NCBI GenBank assembly: GCA_030740155.1
Contig: JASLXV010000085.1
Location: forward strand, 1 to 64,000
Length of the DNA: 64,000 nt
Direction of reading: 5' to 3'
From: Dehalococcoidia bacterium
Lineage (GTDB): Bacteria > Chloroflexota > Dehalococcoidia > Lucifugimonadales > UBA3495
Under the pieces are notes generated by a model, which made no database searches, had not been told where the DNA came from, and saw only the letters and a list, made by a program, of their open reading frames with translations. The translations under genes and the position numbers were made by a program. Within the stretch, counting starts at the first letter, position 1; each line of letters opens with the position of its first letter. Positions 19,331 to 28,350 of this stretch are shown in pieces.

Positions 19331-20269
19331 CTACGCCCGGGGATGCCTCTTTTCGTACTCTCGGTGCAGGTGGGCGCCGGTAAGGTGGGTGTAGACCTGC
19401 GTGGTGGAAATGCTGGAGTGACCCAGGAGTTCCTGCACGTGGCGCAGGGACGCGCCATTCTGGAGGAGGTGGGTAGCGAAGCTGTGCCGCAGCGTGTGGG
19501 GCGTGATGCGGTGGTTGATTCCCGCCTTCTCCCCGAAGGTCTTCATTATAGTCCAGATCCATTGGCGGGTCAGGCGCTCGCCACGGTGGTTCACAAACAG
19601 GGCAGGCTCTCCCTTCCGAGTACCAACCAGGGTGGCCCTGGCATCTTTCAGGTATCGCTTGATCTCACTCAGCGCCTTGGGGTACAGGTAGGCGATCCGC
19701 TCCTTGGAGCCCTTGCCCCAGCACCGGATGTACGACTCTTGCAGATCGATATCCTGCACGTTCAAAGACACCAGTTCGCCCACCCGGAGGCCGGTGGCGT
19801 AGAGCAGTTCCATTATTGTGGCGTCTCGCTGGCCTTCGTTGCCGCCCGCCCGGTAGGCCGTCTCCAAGAGTGAGGTTACCTCATCCTCGGAGAGGTACTT
19901 GGGAAGGGAACGGCCCACCCGCGGCGACCCCAGAGATTCCGTGGGGTCTTCGGTGATGGTGCCGTTCTCGGCGAGGTAGCCGAAAAAGGACCTGATCGCC
20001 GCTACCTTGCGGGCCGTAGTGGTATCCCGGTAGCCTTTGCGGCCCCTCAGGTTGGTGATGTAGTCGTTCAAGAGGTCCAAGCCCACCGATCCCCAGGGAT
20101 ATTCACCGTTGACTGCCCCGTTTGCGGCCCCGTTGGCCGCCCTGCTAGGGCGCTCTTGGAGGAATTCCCAGAACTGGGTCAGGTCGTTCCGGTAGGCTTC
20201 CGAAGTGTTGCGGGAAAAGCCTTTCTCGACGACTAGGTGCTGCAAAAAAGAGCCAATCGCCAGATCCAT
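19331..20269 (-). CDS. xerD: chromosomal tyrosine recombinase, XerD-type
   Basis: ELLYATGLRVGEL, GKGSKER, TPHTLRHSFATHLL, VQELLGH, TTQVYTH. Confidence 0.9.
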   Translation of the reverse strand: MDLAIGSFLQHLVVEKGFSRNTSEAYRNDLTQFWEFLQERPSRAANGAANGAVNGEYPWGSVGLDLLNDYITNLRGRKGYRDTTTARKVAAIRSFFGYLAENGTITEDPTESLGSPRVGRSLPKYLSEDEVTSLLETAYRAGGNEGQRDATIMELLYATGLRVGELVSLNVQDIDLQESYIRCWGKGSKERIAYLYPKALSEIKRYLKDARATLVGTRKGEPALFVNHRGERLTRQWIWTIMKTFGEKAGINHRITPHTLRHSFATHLLQNGASLRHVQELLGHSSISTTQVYTHLTGAHLHREYEKRHPRA

Positions 20270-20637
20270 GTTCTGTATCCTTTCGCATTGTGCGCAATAA
20301 GATGGGATGGTGGAGCAAACCACCATGCCAATACTCGTGATGGGCAAAGTCTAGCACAAGTTCCGGAACGGCCCTTCGACAAACATGAACCAAAAAAAGC
20401 CGATTCTGCGATTTGTGGTACAGAACCGGAACACCGTGGATGTCTCGATCCATAATGCTCAATTTGCGATGAGCATGGGGGTGTTGGGGGGTTGGGGGAC
20501 TCCGGTTTGCGCTCGGTGGGATCCGTGAGGGGGTTGCCCCTCCTCACGTCCGAAGGATTACATGGTGGCGTGTCTCAATTGGGTGAGCAAGGCTCCCCGA
20601 GAACGTTTTCCGGCGTCTTCTTCCGCGGTGAACGCGG

Positions 20638-21813
20638 TCAGCCGGTCGCCAGGACGATTGTTCCGGTGGATGAAAGGGAGCCGCCGGTGCCGTTTACGAT
20701 GCTGATCTTGGCGGGCTGTGTGGGGTCGCCGCGGTGCTTCACCTGACGGTCGCCGCACTCACCACGAAGCTGCCGCACCGCCTCCACCAGCAGGAAGCTG
20801 CCGTACATGCCGGGGTGGGTGTAGGATAGCCCGCCGCCGCTGGTATTCAAGGCGAAGTCTCCCCCCGGAGCGGTGCGTTGGCCTGCCACGAAATCCGGGG
20901 ATTCACCGGGACCGCAAAAGCCCAGGGCTTCCAGCGTCAGCATAACGGTATAGGTGAAGGAGTCGTAGATCATGGCCAGATCGAGGTCGGCGATGGAGAC
21001 GCCTGCCCTTGCCAGCGCCTTGGGGCCGGTCTCTCTGGCGATGAGTGAGGTGAAAGACGGCATCATGCTGATCATGTTGTGGTCGTGGCTCTCGGCGGCG
21101 CTCAGCACCCAGACCGGCTGCTTCCGGCAACTGCGTGCTTTCTCGGCGGTGGTCACAATAATGGCCGCCCCAGAGTCGGTGACCAGGCAGCAATCGGGCA
21201 GGTGGAAAGGCCAGGCTACCCAGCGGGAGTTGTGGTAGTCGTCGAAGCTCATGGGCGTGTCATGCATCACGGCCTTGGGGTTGAGGTTGGCCCATTTGCG
21301 AGTGGACACGGCAATTTCGGCCATGGCCTGCCGGGTCCGGTCTTCGCCATACTCGTGCATGTACCGGGTGCAGGCCAGCGCATAGTTTATGGGCGGCCCG
21401 ATCATCCCGTAGGGCGCTTCGTACTGGGAGACCGGCAAGTTGGGGTCGGCCGGCATCCCGGCCCGGGTGGACCGGCCGGCCTGCCCGTGGGTGATGAGGG
21501 CCACGTCACAATAGCCCGCCCGGATGGCGGCGACGGCGTGGGCCACGTGGATAACAAAGGAGGAGCCGCCCACCGACGTGTTGTCCGTGAACCCTGGCTG
21601 GATGCCCATATACTCGGCGGTGGCAAGGGTAGAGAAGCCGGCGGTGAGCAGCCCGTTTACGTCGCTCTTGGCGAGACCGGCGTCTGCCAGTGCGTTGTGG
21701 GCCGCTTCAGCGTGGTGTTGAAGAGACGACTTGTTGGGGACCGTTCCCATTTCATCGGACTCCGCCACACCGACGATGGCGATGTCCCGCTCCCTGGTGG
21801 CTCTCGACGTCAT
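20638..21813 (-). CDS. thiolase-superfamily protein (SCP-x/Ltp2-like)
   Basis: AIVGVAE, VGGSS, DCCLVTD, IYDSFT, NTSGGGLSYTHPGMYG. Confidence 0.9.
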   Translation of the reverse strand: MTSRATRERDIAIVGVAESDEMGTVPNKSSLQHHAEAAHNALADAGLAKSDVNGLLTAGFSTLATAEYMGIQPGFTDNTSVGGSSFVIHVAHAVAAIRAGYCDVALITHGQAGRSTRAGMPADPNLPVSQYEAPYGMIGPPINYALACTRYMHEYGEDRTRQAMAEIAVSTRKWANLNPKAVMHDTPMSFDDYHNSRWVAWPFHLPDCCLVTDSGAAIIVTTAEKARSCRKQPVWVLSAAESHDHNMISMMPSFTSLIARETGPKALARAGVSIADLDLAMIYDSFTYTVMLTLEALGFCGPGESPDFVAGQRTAPGGDFALNTSGGGLSYTHPGMYGSFLLVEAVRQLRGECGDRQVKHRGDPTQPAKISIVNGTGGSLSSTGTIVLATG

Positions 21814-22041
21814 TTCCGGTTCCTCCCCAGAAGCTAAGCGCCGGCCATTCCGCGGCCCGGTCTGCCGGGCGCAGCCGTCGCCCGCGTTCGGACATCCTTC
21901 GGTTAGGCCAGCAACCGGACTGATGTTACACCAATTTGCCGAATCAGGCCAACCTGAACTTCTGGCCACAATATGATAAAATGATAATGAATATAGCCTT
22001 TGATGGATGCTGATTCTCGACGCGAAGTTTTAGAGGTGCGG

Positions 22042-22602
22042 ATGCCCCGAAATTTTTGGATGATTGTCAGCAACGTGGAGAACTATCGCATCACCCACAA
22101 CCTTGGGTTTACGGTACAAGGACTGAAAGCCCAACACCGGCGCAAGATGCAACGGATTGAATCAGGCGACCGGGTGCTGTTCTACGTTTCCGGCGCCCGC
22201 CACTTCGCGGCCACTGCCACGGCCACCTCCTCCTTTTTCGAGGATGAATCAGCCGTCTGGCAAAACGAGGGTTGCGCCGGTTGGCCCTACCGGATAGAGA
22301 TAAAACCCGAGGTGGTGCTCGATGATGCCCAGTGCATCGACGCCAACATACTGGCGCCGCGGCTGGACTACATCAAGCGGTGGCCCCCGGAGAACTGGTA
22401 CATGGCCTTCCAGGGGAACCTGCACCTGCTGCCCAAGACCGATTTCCTGCTAATCGAAGAGGAAATGCGGAAGCTCAAGTTCGGCCGGGATTACGACCGC
22501 GGCAGGGCGATCCAACCCCATCTGGCGCCCAGGAAAAAGAAGAGGAAGCGGGCCCACGGACCGTCCGCCGCACCCTCGGCGCCGGGCCCTCGGGTAGCCT
22601 AG
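22042..22602 (+). CDS. EVE-domain (PUA-like) protein with basic tail
   Basis: NFWMIV...EN, IESGDRVLFYV, WPYRIEI, DFLLIEEEM; tail RKKKRKR. Confidence 0.85.
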   Translation: MPRNFWMIVSNVENYRITHNLGFTVQGLKAQHRRKMQRIESGDRVLFYVSGARHFAATATATSSFFEDESAVWQNEGCAGWPYRIEIKPEVVLDDAQCIDANILAPRLDYIKRWPPENWYMAFQGNLHLLPKTDFLLIEEEMRKLKFGRDYDRGRAIQPHLAPRKKKRKRAHGPSAAPSAPGPRVA

Positions 22603-22639
22603 GCTACCGAAATCCGGTGCCGGAGGCTATCCGGCAATA

Positions 22640-23830
22640 TCAGCAGTGGTGCCCCGATGAGGGTTCGGCGTGTTCGGGCACTCCACGGGCGCCGGAAATC
22701 TCTTCAAGGACCTGATGGTCCGTCTCCAGAAGCCGCGCTCGGTCGAGGGCTTGCCGCGCCTCGGCGGTGCCGATCCGTCCCAGCGCCCAGGCTGCGTGGC
22801 CCCGCACCAGGGTTTCTCCGTTTACCAGCGCCCGGCATAGGGCGGGGACCGCCGCCGGGTCTCGCCGGTTGCCCAGGGCTACGCAGGCGTTTCGCTGGAG
22901 GCCCGCTCTCTTGGAGCGGAGGAGCGGAGTGCCCTGGAACCGGCGCCGGAACTCCTCCTCGGACATTTCCAGCAGTCCCACGAGGTCCAGGTATTCCAGC
23001 CCGGCCCGCACGAAACCCTCACCTGGCCGGCGATTGGAATCAGACGGGAAAGATTTGCGGTTGACCGGGCAAACATCCTGGCAAATATCACAACCAAAGA
23101 CCCAATCTTGCATCTGGGGCCTCAGCTCCGCCGGTATGGGCCCGCGGTTTTCGATGGTCAGGTAGGAGATGCACCGGGCGTTGTCGATGGTGTACGGGGT
23201 CACGATGGCCCCCGTGAGGCAAGAGTCGATGCACCTGACGCAGGCACCGCAGCTCTTCCGTAGCGGCGGGTCGGCTTCCAACTCCAGGTCGGTGATCACC
23301 TGCCCGAGGAATACCCAGGAGCCGAGGCCGGAGGTGAGGAGGTTGGTATTCTTGCCGGTCCAGCCTAATCCGGCCCGCCGGGCAGCCGCCCGGTCCAGCA
23401 TGGGGCCGTCATCCACGTACCACCGGGCCGCGATCGGTGTATCCAGCCGGGCGCTCAGGCCCTCCATGTAGGCCCGCATCCACTTCTTCATGGGCTTGTG
23501 GTAGTCGGGGCCGCGGGCGTACCGGGCTACCTTGCCCGCCGCGACTTCAGGCGGCGCAGCGGGTCCATCGGGCTGCTGGTAGTTCACCCCCAGGCAGATG
23601 ATCGAGCGCGCGCCGGGGAGCAGTTCTTGAGGGCTGGTACCCCGGCGGACCCGGGCCTCGGTGTACCAAGGCAATCCGTCCATCATCCCGGCCCGCAACC
23701 GGCCCAGGGTAATGCTCCGGTCTTCGGTGAACTCCTCGGCCGAAGCCACCCGGACCAGGTCGAATCCCACCTCTAGGGCATAGCCTACCACGATGGCCTT
23801 GACTTCGGACACGGAGCTTCCCGGCGCCAT
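22640..23830 (-). CDS. queG: epoxyqueuosine reductase
   Basis: VARYARGPDYH, GLGWTGKN, CGACVRCIDSC, CISYLTIE, FGCDICQDVCP, HEAT-like tail. Confidence 0.96.
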   Translation of the reverse strand: MAPGSSVSEVKAIVVGYALEVGFDLVRVASAEEFTEDRSITLGRLRAGMMDGLPWYTEARVRRGTSPQELLPGARSIICLGVNYQQPDGPAAPPEVAAGKVARYARGPDYHKPMKKWMRAYMEGLSARLDTPIAARWYVDDGPMLDRAAARRAGLGWTGKNTNLLTSGLGSWVFLGQVITDLELEADPPLRKSCGACVRCIDSCLTGAIVTPYTIDNARCISYLTIENRGPIPAELRPQMQDWVFGCDICQDVCPVNRKSFPSDSNRRPGEGFVRAGLEYLDLVGLLEMSEEEFRRRFQGTPLLRSKRAGLQRNACVALGNRRDPAAVPALCRALVNGETLVRGHAAWALGRIGTAEARQALDRARLLETDHQVLEEISGARGVPEHAEPSSGHHC

Positions 23831-23890
23831 TTTCAATCTCCTCCTGCGCCCGGCGATGGGTGTTGTTTCAAGAAGTCCCCGGAAATTACC

Positions 23891-23986
23891 TAGCCACAGA
23901 GGTACAGAGGCACGGAGGACCGAAGGACCGGAGGACCCGAGATAAATACGACGTAATAACTCTGCGTCTCTGTGCCTCTGTGGCTA
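23891..23986. repeat. palindromic repeat family A, copy 2
   Basis: tagccacagaggtacagaggcacggag ... ctctgcgtctctgtgcctctgtggcta. Confidence 0.88.
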
Positions 23987-24061
23987 ACCCCTCGTTGCGT
24001 CGCTCCTGGGAGCGGTGGTTCTGATTCAAGACGCCCGGCGACGAAAGCCCTGGGTGCCCCG

Positions 24062-24631
24062 CTAGCGGAGGTTCTCTCCCTGGAACCGGCCTTGATACCC
24101 TTGGCTCACGGCTTGGGGAAGCCGGAAGAAGATTAGTTGGACCAACCGGGCATAGCGTTGCAGCCGGTAACCCAGGGGGTGGTGTACCACCAGTAACGCC
24201 TCGGACCGGCCATGGTATCCCGCATCCCACACCGCGGTATGGACGCTCACGCCGCTGCGCAGCAAGCTGGATCGAGGCCGCCCCAGGGCCATCAAGTCCA
24301 GGGGAAGGGTAACCACCTCGTTGAAGGTTATGCGGTAGGGTCCGGGGGGCAAGGAGAGCCAGCCATCCTGACTGAAGCCCAGGGTTTCCGTGGCCGAAAT
24401 CTCCCGCTGGCCCGAGCCGGCGCCCATGCTGCCCGCCGAAACCAGATTGCCCACTTCCCGCAGAGTGAAATCGAAGCCGTTGGGCTGTAGCTGCTGCTCC
24501 AGGGAGAGGTATTCCTCGATCAAGGGAGGGGACCCCAGGACCAAACCGCCGATGGAGTCCCGGTCCAGCGGGTTGCCGGGCGCCGGCCCATCCTGAGGCC
24601 CGCCCCAGCCCGCCATTGGTAATCCTGCCAT
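24062..24631 (-). CDS. dut: trimeric dUTPase, archaeal type (dCTP deaminase/dUTPase family)
   Basis: LQPNGFDFTL, PRSSLLRSG, AVWDAGYHGRS, GYQGRFQ. Confidence 0.85.
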   Translation of the reverse strand: MAGLPMAGWGGPQDGPAPGNPLDRDSIGGLVLGSPPLIEEYLSLEQQLQPNGFDFTLREVGNLVSAGSMGAGSGQREISATETLGFSQDGWLSLPPGPYRITFNEVVTLPLDLMALGRPRSSLLRSGVSVHTAVWDAGYHGRSEALLVVHHPLGYRLQRYARLVQLIFFRLPQAVSQGYQGRFQGENLR

Positions 24632-24831
24632 TATGTCTCCGGAACAGGCCGTGTCATTCGGTGGCCGTGGTCGAGCGGCGGTGGGGTAAGGACGCCCACG
24701 GGGAGACGTACCGCCGCACGATTTCCCCCGCACCTGAATAACGCCCGCCCGGCGGCGAACACCCGTTCTTTACTCAGGACGAGGGATGCCCGGACCTGGT
24801 CCCCGTCCGGCGAAGGTGCCGGAAACGGGGA

Positions 24832-26457
24832 CTAATCGTGCATGAAATCCTGCACGTCCGCGGGCAGCGGGATCTCTTCCGGTTCTTCCGTGATGACCGC
24901 CTGGGTAGTCAGCAGGACACCGGCGACGCTGCAGGCGTTTTGCAAAGCGGAGCGGGTGACTTTAACCGGATCCACGATGCCCCGTTCGATCAAATTGCAG
25001 AAGTCGCCCTGCTCAGCGTCGAAGCCCCAATCCCCCTCTCCGGTGATGACACCTTCAAGTACCACCTCGCCGCGATGCCCCGCGTTACGAGCGATGAGCA
25101 GCAAGGGCGCGCTCAGAGCATTTTTCACCAGGCGGACTCCCAGGGCCTCATCGCCGGACAGCTGTTTTTCCAGCGCGTCCAGCGGGTGGGCACTCCGGAT
25201 CAAAGCAACGCCGCCGCCGGGGACCACGCCTTCTTCCACCGCCGCCCGGCTGGCCGCCAGGGCGTCGTCGGTCCGGGCCTTCCGCTCTTTGACTTCCGGC
25301 TCGGTGGCCCCGCCGACTTTCACCACGGCCACGCCTCCGGCCAAAGCCGCCTTGCGCTCCTCGAGCTTCTCCCGGTCGTAATCAGAGGTGGTCTCCTCGA
25401 TCTGTGCCCGAAGCTGGTCTACCCGATCTTTGATGCCCTGTTCGGTCCCCCGGCCCTCGACGACGGTCGACTCATCTTTCAGGACTATAGTGCGACGCGC
25501 CGAGCCCAGGTGGCTGATCTCGACACTGTCCAGCTTCAAACCAACGTCGCCGCTGATGACTGTGGCCCCGGTGACTATGGCCATGTCTTCCAGGAGGGCC
25601 TTGCGCCGTTCCCCGAAACCGGGCGCCTTGATCGCCACGCAGGGAAGAGTGCCCCGTAACTTGTTCACGACCAGGGTCGCCAGCGCCTCCCCGTCCACGT
25701 CTTCGGCGACGATAACCAGGGGCCGCCGCCCGGCCTCGATCACCTTCTCCATCACGGGCACGATCTCATTCGCCGCGCTGATTTTCTGGTCGGTGATCAA
25801 GAAGTAGGGGTCGTCCAGGGTCACTTCCATGCGTTGGGCGTCGGTCACGAAATGGGGGGAAAGGTATCCCCGGTCCAGCCGAACCCCTTCCACGACCTCC
25901 AGCTCGTCCGTTAGCGTCTGGGACTCTTCGACAGTGATCACCCCGTCCCGGCCCACTTTGTCCATGGCGTCGGCCAGAAGGCCGGCAATGGCTTCTTCGT
26001 GGGCGGAGAGAGCCGCAACCCGGGCAATCTGGTCGCGGCTTTCCACCGGAGTGGCCATCTTCTTCAGCTCTTCCACCACCAAGGTCACGGCTTTGGCGAT
26101 GCCGGCCTTCATGGAAATGCCATTGGCCCCGGCGGCCACGTTCTGGAAGCCGGAGCGGGCGATCGCTTGGGCCAGCACTACCGATGTGGTGGTGCCATCG
26201 CCCACCTTGTCGTTGGTCTTGGAGGCTGCCTCTTTAACCAGTTGGGCGCCCATATTCTCGTAGGGGTCAGGAAGCTCAACCTCCTTGGCGATGGTCACGC
26301 CGTCGCTGCAGACCAGTGGCAGGCCGAACATCCGGTTCAATAAAACGTTGCGGCCGCTGGGACCCAGTGTCAACCCCACCACGCGGCACAACTGGTCAAC
26401 GCCATGCATCAGGCTGGTACGGGCATCTGCATCGAAGGTTAGCTGCTTGTCCGCCAT
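24832..26457 (-). CDS. groEL: chaperonin GroEL paralog
   Basis: TLGPSGRNV, DGVTIAKE, GDGTTT, KAPGFGERRK, GVVPGGG. Confidence 0.97.
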   Translation of the reverse strand: MADKQLTFDADARTSLMHGVDQLCRVVGLTLGPSGRNVLLNRMFGLPLVCSDGVTIAKEVELPDPYENMGAQLVKEAASKTNDKVGDGTTTSVVLAQAIARSGFQNVAAGANGISMKAGIAKAVTLVVEELKKMATPVESRDQIARVAALSAHEEAIAGLLADAMDKVGRDGVITVEESQTLTDELEVVEGVRLDRGYLSPHFVTDAQRMEVTLDDPYFLITDQKISAANEIVPVMEKVIEAGRRPLVIVAEDVDGEALATLVVNKLRGTLPCVAIKAPGFGERRKALLEDMAIVTGATVISGDVGLKLDSVEISHLGSARRTIVLKDESTVVEGRGTEQGIKDRVDQLRAQIEETTSDYDREKLEERKAALAGGVAVVKVGGATEPEVKERKARTDDALAASRAAVEEGVVPGGGVALIRSAHPLDALEKQLSGDEALGVRLVKNALSAPLLLIARNAGHRGEVVLEGVITGEGDWGFDAEQGDFCNLIERGIVDPVKVTRSALQNACSVAGVLLTTQAVITEEPEEIPLPADVQDFMHD

Positions 26458-26599
26458 AAATGTCTCCTCATTCCGGTGCTACTGCCAACGGCCGGCTCGG
26501 CGACGGTTGGCTGATCCAATATACAAATATGCGATAGTGGAGGCAGGTTGTCAACTGTTCCGGTTTTGCCGGCATCTCCGGAAGATGTGAACCGAGGGC

Positions 26600-27157
26600 T
26601 CAGACAGCTTGAAACGACCCGCTGAGCGGCGGCCCCCAGAGTTCGACCCCTTCACGGCCGTCGGCCTCGGCGGCCAGCTTTGCGATGGTGACCCCCAAGG
26701 CCGGGTGGATTACACCTGGGGCCAGCTCCGCCAGCGGCGCCAGGGCAAACGCCCGCTGGTGGAGACGGGGGTGGGGTATTTGCAACCCCGGCAGGTCGAT
26801 CGCGCTGTCGCCGTACAAAAGAATGTCCACGTCGATCAGACGAGGGCCGTTGCGGAACCCTCGTTGCCGGCCCATCGTCACCTCCAGCCCTTTCACCGAT
26901 TCCAGTAAATGGCTGGGAGACAGAGTCGTCCGTATCTCCAGCACGCAGTTCAAGAAGTTTGGCTGGCAGGTGTATCCCCACGGAGCCGTTTCGTAGACGG
27001 ACGAGGCCCGGAGCAGGGCGACCCCTCCCCCGGCGGCCCTCCGGCCACGGTGTTGACCGGCCCGGTCCCCGCCAAGGCGGGAGACGGCCTCCGCCAGATT
27101 CCGGTCCCTTTGGCCCAGGTTGGAGCCCAGGCCCAAATAGGCGGTTACTGGATCCAA
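26600..27157 (-). CDS. folK: 2-amino-4-hydroxy-6-hydroxymethyldihydropteridine diphosphokinase
   Basis: AYLGLGSNLG, YETAPWG, GPRLIDVDIL, IPHPRLHQRAF; TTG start overlaps the folP end, GGAGG RBS. Confidence 0.95.
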   Translation of the reverse strand: MDPVTAYLGLGSNLGQRDRNLAEAVSRLGGDRAGQHRGRRAAGGGVALLRASSVYETAPWGYTCQPNFLNCVLEIRTTLSPSHLLESVKGLEVTMGRQRGFRNGPRLIDVDILLYGDSAIDLPGLQIPHPRLHQRAFALAPLAELAPGVIHPALGVTIAKLAAEADGREGVELWGPPLSGSFQAV

Positions 27158-28005
27158 CCGGTGGGCCTCCAGCCGCGGACGATGGCGTCGCTCATCTTGC
27201 ACACCCGGGCCATCTCCTTGACATCGTGGACCCGGATAATATCCGCTCCGCCCGCGATGGCCAGCGCCACGGTGGCGGCGGTGCCTTCGATTCGCTGGTC
27301 CGGCGGCAGGTCTAGCACCAGGCCGATGGTGGACTTCCGCGAGGTGCCCACCAGCAGCGGGTAGCCGAGCCCTTTGAACTCGTTTAGCCTGCGGAGCACC
27401 TCCAGGTTCTGGTCCGGCGTCTTGCCGAAGCCAATTCCAGGATCCAAGATGATGTTTCTCTCAGGCACTCCAGCTTCCCTCGCCAGCCGCGCGCCGTGGG
27501 ACAGGCTGGCGAAAATGTCAGGCAGCAGGTCCCGGTAAAGGTGGTCCTTCTGGTTGTGCATTAGAATAAGAAGTGCGCCGGATTCAGCCGCCACCCGGGC
27601 CAGGACGGGGTCTGCCTGAAGTCCCCAAATATCATTTATGACCGTGGCTCCGGCCTCGACGGCCCGGAGGGCAACCTGAGACTTGTAGGTGTCCACGCTG
27701 ATGGGGATGCTCACCCGCGGCGCGATGGCCTCCAGGGCGGGCAACAGCCGCTCCAGCTCCTCGGCCCCGCTCACGGGAACGGACCCGGGGCGGGTGGACT
27801 CGGCGCCCACGTCCAGGAAATCAGCCCCCTCGGCTTCGAACCGGAGCGCCTGCTCGACGATGGCCGGTATATCCGAGCCCAGGCCGTCCCCGGAAAAAGA
27901 ATCGGGGGTAACGTTGATGACCCCCATCACGTAGGTACGGGTCCCCCACGCCAGGGCGTCGCCGTTGGCCACGGTCAGGCCGGTGCGGGCGGTTGATTCA
28001 ATCAT
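27145..28005 (-). CDS. folP: dihydropteroate synthase
   Basis: MGVINVTPDSFS, ESTRPG, DPGIGFGK, GTSRKS, IRVHDV. Confidence 0.97.
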   Translation of the reverse strand: MIESTARTGLTVANGDALAWGTRTYVMGVINVTPDSFSGDGLGSDIPAIVEQALRFEAEGADFLDVGAESTRPGSVPVSGAEELERLLPALEAIAPRVSIPISVDTYKSQVALRAVEAGATVINDIWGLQADPVLARVAAESGALLILMHNQKDHLYRDLLPDIFASLSHGARLAREAGVPERNIILDPGIGFGKTPDQNLEVLRRLNEFKGLGYPLLVGTSRKSTIGLVLDLPPDQRIEGTAATVALAIAGGADIIRVHDVKEMARVCKMSDAIVRGWRPTGWIQ

Positions 28006-28106
28006 TGGGGCACAGCCTCGGGGGCCAGGTAGGCGGCAGGGACCGATTCGGGAAAGTTAACCGGGACCGCGGTTACCGGACCAAGTGCACATTGCTGAGT
28101 CACACT

Positions 28107-28202
28107 GGGGATTGGCCACGAGTGGATGGCCCCCCCCAAATGCAGGGCCGGCATCAAATTGGTCTCAGGGGTGGTGGCGTGGCGCCACTCGAAGCCAACC
28201 CC
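28107..28202 (-). ncRNA. candidate structured leader RNA upstream of folP-folK (unassigned)
   Basis: ends pair as GGGG-UUGGC-UU-CGAGUGG / CCACUCG-UG-GCCAA-U-CCCC; begins just downstream of a TGCTAGAAT promoter. Confidence 0.4.
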
Positions 28203-28211
28203 TCATACACC

Positions 28212-28220
28212 ATTCTAGCA
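28212..28220 (-). promoter_or_regulatory. putative extended -10 promoter (TGCTAGAAT) for the folP leader
   Basis: same 9-mer precedes minus-strand genes at 43425-43433 and 53178-53186. Confidence 0.55.
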
Positions 28221-28350
28221 CCCCCACTTTCACCTTGCATGGGCCAAAGGCCGTCTGCTAGGATGAACCCGAGTTTCATAGGCGAACCGAACCAAGGCTT
28301 GGGCCGGACTCGATCGGCGTAGCCTGGGCTAGACCCCGAGGGGAGGGGTA

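Noticed and set aside
19331..20269. Tyrosine recombinase as an integrase of a mobile element
   Set aside because: XerD-like sequence in housekeeping context; no att repeats, tRNA or cargo genes.
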